A stretch of 24,000 nucleotides of DNA from Eubacteriales bacterium. Lineage in GTDB: Bacteria > Bacillota > Clostridia > Oscillospirales > SIG627. Positions 20,923 to 24,000 of this stretch are shown here, piece after piece. A model generated the notes under the pieces. It was not told the DNA's origin and did not search any database. It was given only the letters and a program-made list of their open reading frames with translations. How positions within the stretch are numbered: position 1 is the stretch's first letter; each line of letters begins with the position of its first letter. The stretch spans positions 3,606 through 27,605 of the forward strand of contig JAZPZL010000045.1 in NCBI GenBank assembly GCA_045544655.1, written 5' to 3'. The translations under genes were made by a program, and so were the position numbers.

Positions 20923-21558
20923 TCAGATGCCACCCAGAGGCGGTAAGGTATCGCGACGCGCACGGTAGACCTGGGGGAAGAAGTCCCGCAGAAATGCGGT
21001 GAAGGCAGTTACCGCGCGGCGGATAAAGTGATCCACCACCTCATCGGTAAAGACCTCCGATTCGGGAAGTGCCTCCTCGGTGTGCCAGTGGAAATTAAAC
21101 TCCAGGAATTTGTGGATCTCCTCTTCGGGCAGACCCATACTGTTTTCGTACAATTTGGGATCGGGCTTGTGGAGACGGGTCCAAAGCTCCCTAGACCAAG
21201 GCATTCTCTGGGCGGTGCGGCTCCCTGCACGGGAAAGCTCCTTGCGGTAATCCACGAACCAATTCTCGGGACCGTGGGATTTGCGGTGTGCCATTTGGGG
21301 TCCGTTGTCCCACAGATAGTCCAGGTAAAAATGGCAGAGGGCGCCGAAATCAAAGTCCCGAGTCAGATCCAGACCCTTGCCGAAGCGGATCAGGCTTTGG
21401 AGCCGCTCTTCGGGGGGAACGTCGCGGAAGTGGAGCTTGTCCTTGATCTCCCGATACGCGTCCACGCAGTCGGGGAGAATGGAGCCGAGAAAGTAGGAAT
21501 CGCTGCCTGCGGGATCCAGCAGGTGGGCGGCGTACAGATGCATCATGGTTGCAGGCAT
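20923..21558 (-). CDS. Hypothetical protein; possibly a His/Asp metal-dependent hydrolase of the Zn-phospholipase-C-like type (weak)
   Basis: 211-aa ORF with coding-like composition, packed 8 nt after queT. The N-terminal MPATMMHLYAAH ... ILPDC ... HFYLDYLWD pattern is reminiscent of Zn-dependent PLC-like domains. I cannot confirm the family. Confidence 0.6.
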   Translation of the reverse strand: MPATMMHLYAAHLLDPAGSDSYFLGSILPDCVDAYREIKDKLHFRDVPPEERLQSLIRFGKGLDLTRDFDFGALCHFYLDYLWDNGPQMAHRKSHGPENWFVDYRKELSRAGSRTAQRMPWSRELWTRLHKPDPKLYENSMGLPEEEIHKFLEFNFHWHTEEALPESEVFTDEVVDHFIRRAVTAFTAFLRDFFPQVYRARRDTLPPLGGI

Positions 21559-21566
21559 AAGTTACC

Positions 21567-22052
21567 TCATTGTATATGGTTTCGAAAGGGGGTCAGGCAT
21601 TTTCGCAGACCGTAGCCAAGCACTGCCGCGCTGAGGACCTCCCCTGCAAAAATGGAAAGAAAAAGGAGGGGGAGCGCCGTATCGCGAAAGCCGTAGGCAA
21701 AGTAAAGCAAAAGGGGTACGATGGCGGTATTGGCGATCACGGGGGGAATCAAGGATAGGATGGGTCTTTTTTTCAGAGAATAGGTTCCGAGGGCGCCCAG
21801 CAGAGTTGCCAGGGAGCCGAATACCACGTCCATGGGAATGGCACCGCCCAAAAGATTTGCCAGAATACAGCCGACGAACAGACCCGGCACCGCGGCGGGG
21901 GTGAATGCGGGGAGGACGCAAAGCGCCTCGGCAAACCGCAGTTGGATGGGTCCGAAGGCAAGATTCAGGCTCGCGGACAGAAGGGTCAGGGCAACGTACA
22001 GCGCGGCGATCAGCGCCGCCTTTGTGATAAAAAGGGTTTTGGGGTTACGCAT
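21567..22052 (-). CDS. queT: Queuosine-precursor ECF transporter S component QueT
   Basis: I use the Met at 22052 (MRNPKTLFITKAALIAALYVALT...), which has a GGAGAAAACC RBS, rather than the ORF-track start at 22100. The upstream part is the riboswitch. About 5 TM helices. The motif FGPIQLRFAEAL ... PGLFVGCILANLLGG is typical of QueT. Confidence 0.8.
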   Translation of the reverse strand: MRNPKTLFITKAALIAALYVALTLLSASLNLAFGPIQLRFAEALCVLPAFTPAAVPGLFVGCILANLLGGAIPMDVVFGSLATLLGALGTYSLKKRPILSLIPPVIANTAIVPLLLYFAYGFRDTALPLLFLSIFAGEVLSAAVLGYGLRKCLTPFRNHIQ

Positions 22053-22058
22053 GGTTTT

Positions 22059-22100
22059 CTCCTGTAGTTTTGTTTTGAGTGAGGAAGGTCTCGAACTCAC
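22059..22100 (-). promoter_or_regulatory. Candidate preQ1-I riboswitch (translational, SD-sequestering)
   Basis: The minus strand reads GUGAG-UUCGAGACCUUC-CUCAC-UCAAAACAAAACUACAGGAG. That is a 5-bp P1, a loop starting UUC, and an A-rich tail ending ACUA. Loop CCU can pair with the AGG of the SD. Compare the B. subtilis queC aptamer AGAGGUUCUAGCUACACCCUCUAUAAAAAACUAAGG. It lies directly upstream of queT, a classic preQ1-regulated gene. Confidence 0.6.
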
Positions 22101-22121
22101 TTGCCGCGTGCGGCACCCATC

Positions 22122-22150
22122 ATTGTATCACAAAGGCGGGGAGATTGCAA
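22122..22150 (-). promoter_or_regulatory. Candidate sigma-A promoter of the queT transcript
   Basis: On the minus strand: TTGCAA (22150-22145), 17 nt, TACAAT (22127-22122). This places the TSS about 15-20 nt before the riboswitch P1. Confidence 0.6.
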
Positions 22151-22167
22151 GAAGATTGTGGTATTTT

Positions 22168-22233
22168 GGGGCTCTGCCCCAAACCCCGCAAGGGACTTTT
22201 TCAAAAAAAGCCCTTGACCCCAAAAATTTATGG
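22168..22233 (+). repeat. Interspersed intergenic repeat, diverged copy of the 2406/3876 type
   Basis: ggggctctgccccaaaccccgcaagggactttttcaaaaaaagcccttgaccccaaaaatttatgg aligns along its length with gggctttgccccgcaccccacaaggagctttttgaaaaaagctccttgacctgaaaaacttattaagg. Confidence 0.75.
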
Positions 22234-22247
22234 CAAAGGGGAAGGCA

Positions 22248-22425
22248 AATATATCCGTGATCTTGCGGGGACAAGGCAGGATTACGGGGTTGCGGTTGGT
22301 TGATAGCGGGCTGTCGAGGGCGCCAGCCCCTACACCTCATCCGTCAGCCTGCGGCTGCCACCTTCTCCCACCGGAGAAGGCTAATATGCCCGGGATTTTG
22401 CAGGGACAAGGCGGTTTTCCGCGGG
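22248..22425. repeat. Imperfect direct repeat pair sharing the core TTGC(G/A)GGGACAAGGC
   Basis: 22248-22289 (aaatatatccgtgatcttgcggggacaaggcaggattacgggg) versus 22382-22425 (taatatgcccgggattttgcagggacaaggcggttttccgcggg). The second copy can fold as ggacaag-gcgg-tttt-ccgc-ggg-cttgtcc. Confidence 0.6.
22308..22380. repeat. Cluster of three GC-rich hairpins in the spo0A-queT spacer
   Basis: gggctg ... cagccc (22308-22329). cagcc-tgc-ggctg (22345-22357). ccttctcc-cacc-ggagaagg (22361-22380; perfect 8-bp stem with a 4-nt loop). None is followed by a T-run. Confidence 0.6.
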
Positions 22426-22555
22426 CTTGTCCGGAAAAGGGGCGAAAAGTTTTTCTTCTCCTGAGGGGAAGTTTTCGGAGGTTCCGAGAAAAGCGAAAAC
22501 CAAGAAAAAGAGGTTTTCCCCATTTTGGAAAGCCTCTTTCTTTTGAATCTGTATG

Positions 22556-22597
22556 AAGGTTTTTGGAGTGCAGAACCTTTTTTCAAAAAGGTTTTGC
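22556..22597 (-). repeat. Interspersed intergenic repeat, variant B copy (reverse orientation), just downstream of spo0A
   Basis: The reverse complement gcaaaacctttttgaaaaaaggttctgcactccaaaaaccttc matches 5345-5390 apart from homopolymer lengths. It starts 13 nt after the spo0A stop, so it may double as a weak AU-rich terminator hairpin. Confidence 0.8.
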
Positions 22598-22609
22598 AAA
22601 AAAGCTTTT

Positions 22610-23371
22610 TTATCCGGCGAGAGATCGCATACGAAGGCGGAGGTTGTCAGCGATCATAGCGATGAATTCGGAATTGGTGGGCTTGCCCTTGCCGCCCTGA
22701 ATGGTGTAGCCGAAGAGGGAACCCAGCATATCCACGTCGCCCCGATCCCAAGCCACCTCAATGGCGTGGCGAATGGCGCGCTCTACCCGGGAGGAGGTGG
22801 TTGCGAATTCCTTGGCAACGCCGGGGTATAGGGTTTTGGTCACCTCACCGATGATGCGATTGTCCCGCACCACCATCATAATGGCGCATCTGAGATACTG
22901 ATACCCCTTGATGTGAGCGGGGATCCCCACCTGATGCAGAATGCGGGTCACCTGATTTTCCAGATCAAAATCATCGTGAATGGGGAACTTTGCCTCCCGA
23001 CATACCTGACGGATCTTATCTCCCAGCACCTCGTAATCAAAGGGTTTCAGAATGCAGGCGCTGATGCCTCCTGCAAAGGCGTCCTCCAGTACCTTGCGAT
23101 TGTTGACCGCCGTTACCAGAATGAATTTGGGGGAAGCCTCCTTCAGGCTCCGCTTTACCTCGCGGATCAGGCTGGCGGGATCGTACCCCGGAAACCACAG
23201 ATCCAGAAGGACCGCGTCCGGTCGCAGACTCTTTATGGCGTTCAACGCCTCTGCGCCGTCTCCGCTGTCACCTACGACCCGAAAGCCCATATTGGTCAGA
23301 CTCTCCTTGCATACGAAGCGGAAATCATTCCCCGAATCAATAATGTAAACCTTTTCCTGCAGCTCTTTCAT
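22610..23371 (-). CDS. spo0A: Sporulation master regulator Spo0A (receiver domain + Spo0A-specific DNA-binding domain)
   Basis: I place the start at [12 protein letters not shown] (23371), with an AGGAGAA RBS 8 nt upstream. The ORF-track start at 23506 would add 45 implausible residues. The C-terminal domain carries the diagnostic Spo0A signature: [16 protein letters not shown] ... [34 protein letters not shown] ... [14 protein letters not shown]. The receiver has the phospho-acceptor Asp (AVLLDLWFP), Thr (LVTA) and Lys (ILKPF). Confidence 0.92.
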   Translation of the reverse strand: MKELQEKVYIIDSGNDFRFVCKESLTNMGFRVVGDSGDGAEALNAIKSLRPDAVLLDLWFPGYDPASLIREVKRSLKEASPKFILVTAVNNRKVLEDAFAGGISACILKPFDYEVLGDKIRQVCREAKFPIHDDFDLENQVTRILHQVGIPAHIKGYQYLRCAIMMVVRDNRIIGEVTKTLYPGVAKEFATTSSRVERAIRHAIEVAWDRGDVDMLGSLFGYTIQGGKGKPTNSEFIAMIADNLRLRMRSLAG

Positions 23372-23424
23372 AACGTGCTTTTCTCCTATCTGTCCTTTTT
23401 TCGTTTTTTGTAGATCGCTCTTAG

Positions 23425-23453
23425 ATATTACCAAAAATTGGTAAATAATGCAA
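23425..23453 (-). promoter_or_regulatory. Candidate sigma-A promoter of spo0A
   Basis: On the minus strand: TTGCAT (23453-23448), 17 nt, TAATAT (23430-23425), with TGG immediately upstream of the -10 (extended -10). The spacer is occupied by palindrome 23428-23444. Confidence 0.45.
23428..23444. promoter_or_regulatory. Palindromic operator candidate TTACCAA-AAA-TTGGTAA
   Basis: 7-bp arms with a 3-nt centre. It overlaps the -10 and spacer of the candidate spo0A promoter. Confidence 0.5.
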
Positions 23454-23469
23454 GAGGTTTTGAGAATAA

Positions 23470-23490
23470 AATTACCAATAATTGGTAATT
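23470..23490. promoter_or_regulatory. Palindromic operator candidate AATTACCAAT-A-ATTGGTAATT
   Basis: Perfect 21-bp palindrome with the same TTACCAA/TTGGTAA half-sites as 23428-23444. The centres are 44 bp apart. Confidence 0.5.
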
Positions 23491-23532
23491 TTGGAGGATT
23501 GAACAAAAGAAAGGGGTCCCCTTTTGCCCATC

Positions 23533-23582
23533 TGCCGAAAAAGAAGGTCGGGACTTGTCGAAGAGGGGCATCCGCTGTCGAA
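23533..23582 (+). promoter_or_regulatory. Three 0A-box-like sites (Spo0A autoregulation)
   Basis: TGCCGAA (23533-23539), TGTCGAA (23556-23562) and TGTCGAA (23576-23582). All are in the same orientation, and the last two are spaced 20 bp apart. They match the Bacillus 0A-box consensus TGNCGAA and lie 160-210 bp upstream of the spo0A start. Confidence 0.55.
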
Positions 23583-23715
23583 GGGGGGAGGGAGAATTGT
23601 CAATTTCCTTTGGCTTTTGTTTCCTTCACCTATATTCTAAGACTTCCTGGGGAAAAAGTTTGGGGGATGCCGCCGTCGATTTTTATTTTCTTTTGCTTTT
23701 ATTTGGAAAAAATTC

Positions 23716-23744
23716 AAAAAAAACTGCTACCGATACGGTAGCAG
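23716..23744 (-). terminator. Rho-independent terminator of the upstream membrane-protein gene
   Basis: Stem ctgctaccg / cggtagcag (23724-23744) with loop ata. On the minus strand it is followed by eight U residues (A-run 23716-23723 on the plus strand). It starts 13 nt after the stop at 23758. Confidence 0.85.
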
Positions 23745-23757
23745 TCAAAATGATTTC

Positions 23758-24000
23758 TCAGAAGAAATTTTTGATCCATCCCAGGATGGTAAAGTCGTCG
23801 GCAAATTCAAAGCTGAGGATGCCGTAGAGGAAAAGTCCCACGATGAGGGTGGGAACCACGTAGGGCAGATAAGGCTTGAGCCGGCGGGGAAGCTTGGGAC
23901 CCTTTCTGCTGTTTGCCTCTTCCGGAAATTTGTCGAAGCCCCAGCCCTTTTTGCTGACGCAGAACAGTACGCAGAGAAGAAGAAGAGACTTCCCCACCAT
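23758..24000 (-). CDS. Hypothetical membrane protein; possibly N-terminally truncated by the window edge
   Basis: 80 aa to the window end, with two hydrophobic segments (SLLLLCVLFCV; YVVPTLIVGLFLYGILSF). A strong terminator follows. No family was recognised. Confidence 0.5.
   Translation of the reverse strand: MVGKSLLLLCVLFCVSKKGWGFDKFPEEANSRKGPKLPRRLKPYLPYVVPTLIVGLFLYGILSFEFADDFTILGWIKNFF

Noticed and set aside
7509-20946. Series of long plus-strand ORFs (7509-9020, 9356-10534, 12618-14633, 15737-16828, 17249-19459, 19612-20946; 360-736 aa)
   Set aside because: Each lies exactly antisense to a confidently identified minus-strand housekeeping gene (tyrS, recN, dxs, the Kae1-like gene, serA/serC, ddl). 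Their translations are Gly/Ala/Val/His-rich with no recognisable domains. They are stop-codon-poor antisense frames, not genes.
22053-22100. N-terminal 16-aa extension of QueT (MSSRPSSLKTKLQEKT) from the ORF-track start at 22100
   Set aside because: The extension overlaps the riboswitch-like hairpin and tail and has no RBS. The internal Met at 22052 has a GGAG RBS and gives a typical QueT N-terminus.
22079-22599. ORFs of 70-108 aa inside the spo0A-queT spacer
   Set aside because: They are composed of translated repeat units and hairpins. They have no RBS or start context, and ORFs overlap on both strands in the same sequence.

Overview
The window looks like a high-GC Firmicutes/Clostridia chromosome, judging from Spo0A, pyruvate:ferredoxin oxidoreductase (PFOR) and a Bacillus-type nusB-xseAB-dxs-tlyA-argR-recN cluster. 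All calls come from reading the sequence and the ORF track; no database search was possible. Almost every real gene is on the minus strand, and the long plus-strand ORFs over 7.5-21 kb are antisense shadows.

Gene layout:
- 7.56-19.5 kb is one very tightly packed 12-gene housekeeping operon: serC-serA-nusB-Kae1/TsaD-like-xseA-xseB-dxs-tlyA-nadK-argR-recN-tyrS. It is driven by a consensus TTGACA/TATAAT promoter.
- Upstream on the same strand lie a partial membrane-protein gene, spo0A, a ~460-bp repeat-filled spacer, queT, a hypothetical gene and ddl. The spo0A control region carries 0A boxes and two palindromic operators. queT has a candidate preQ1-I riboswitch.
- The left 7.5 kb is different in character. 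It holds a truncated PFOR gene, comM/yifB, and a possible small membrane ORF. It also holds an exact 1470-bp tandem duplication carrying two diverged secreted, C-terminally anchored metallophosphoesterases.

Most interesting item: an isolated monocistronic gene (5450-7423, minus strand) fuses an FHA domain, a TIR-like domain with a W-x-x-x-E motif, a complete Hanks Ser/Thr kinase and a Pro-rich tandem-repeat tail. It has its own perfect sigma-A promoter and a bidirectional terminator. It sits where the conserved recN cluster ends. I rank it as a candidate single-protein TIR-based signalling or defence module.

Other items worth a look:
- An interspersed intergenic repeat family with a CTTTTTGAAAAAAG hairpin core (six copies).
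- An unexplained ~220-bp GC-rich, hairpin-dense non-coding block between ddl and serC.
- A 12-bp inverted repeat upstream of the serC promoter.

No rRNA, tRNA, CRISPR array, transposase or integrase was recognised.
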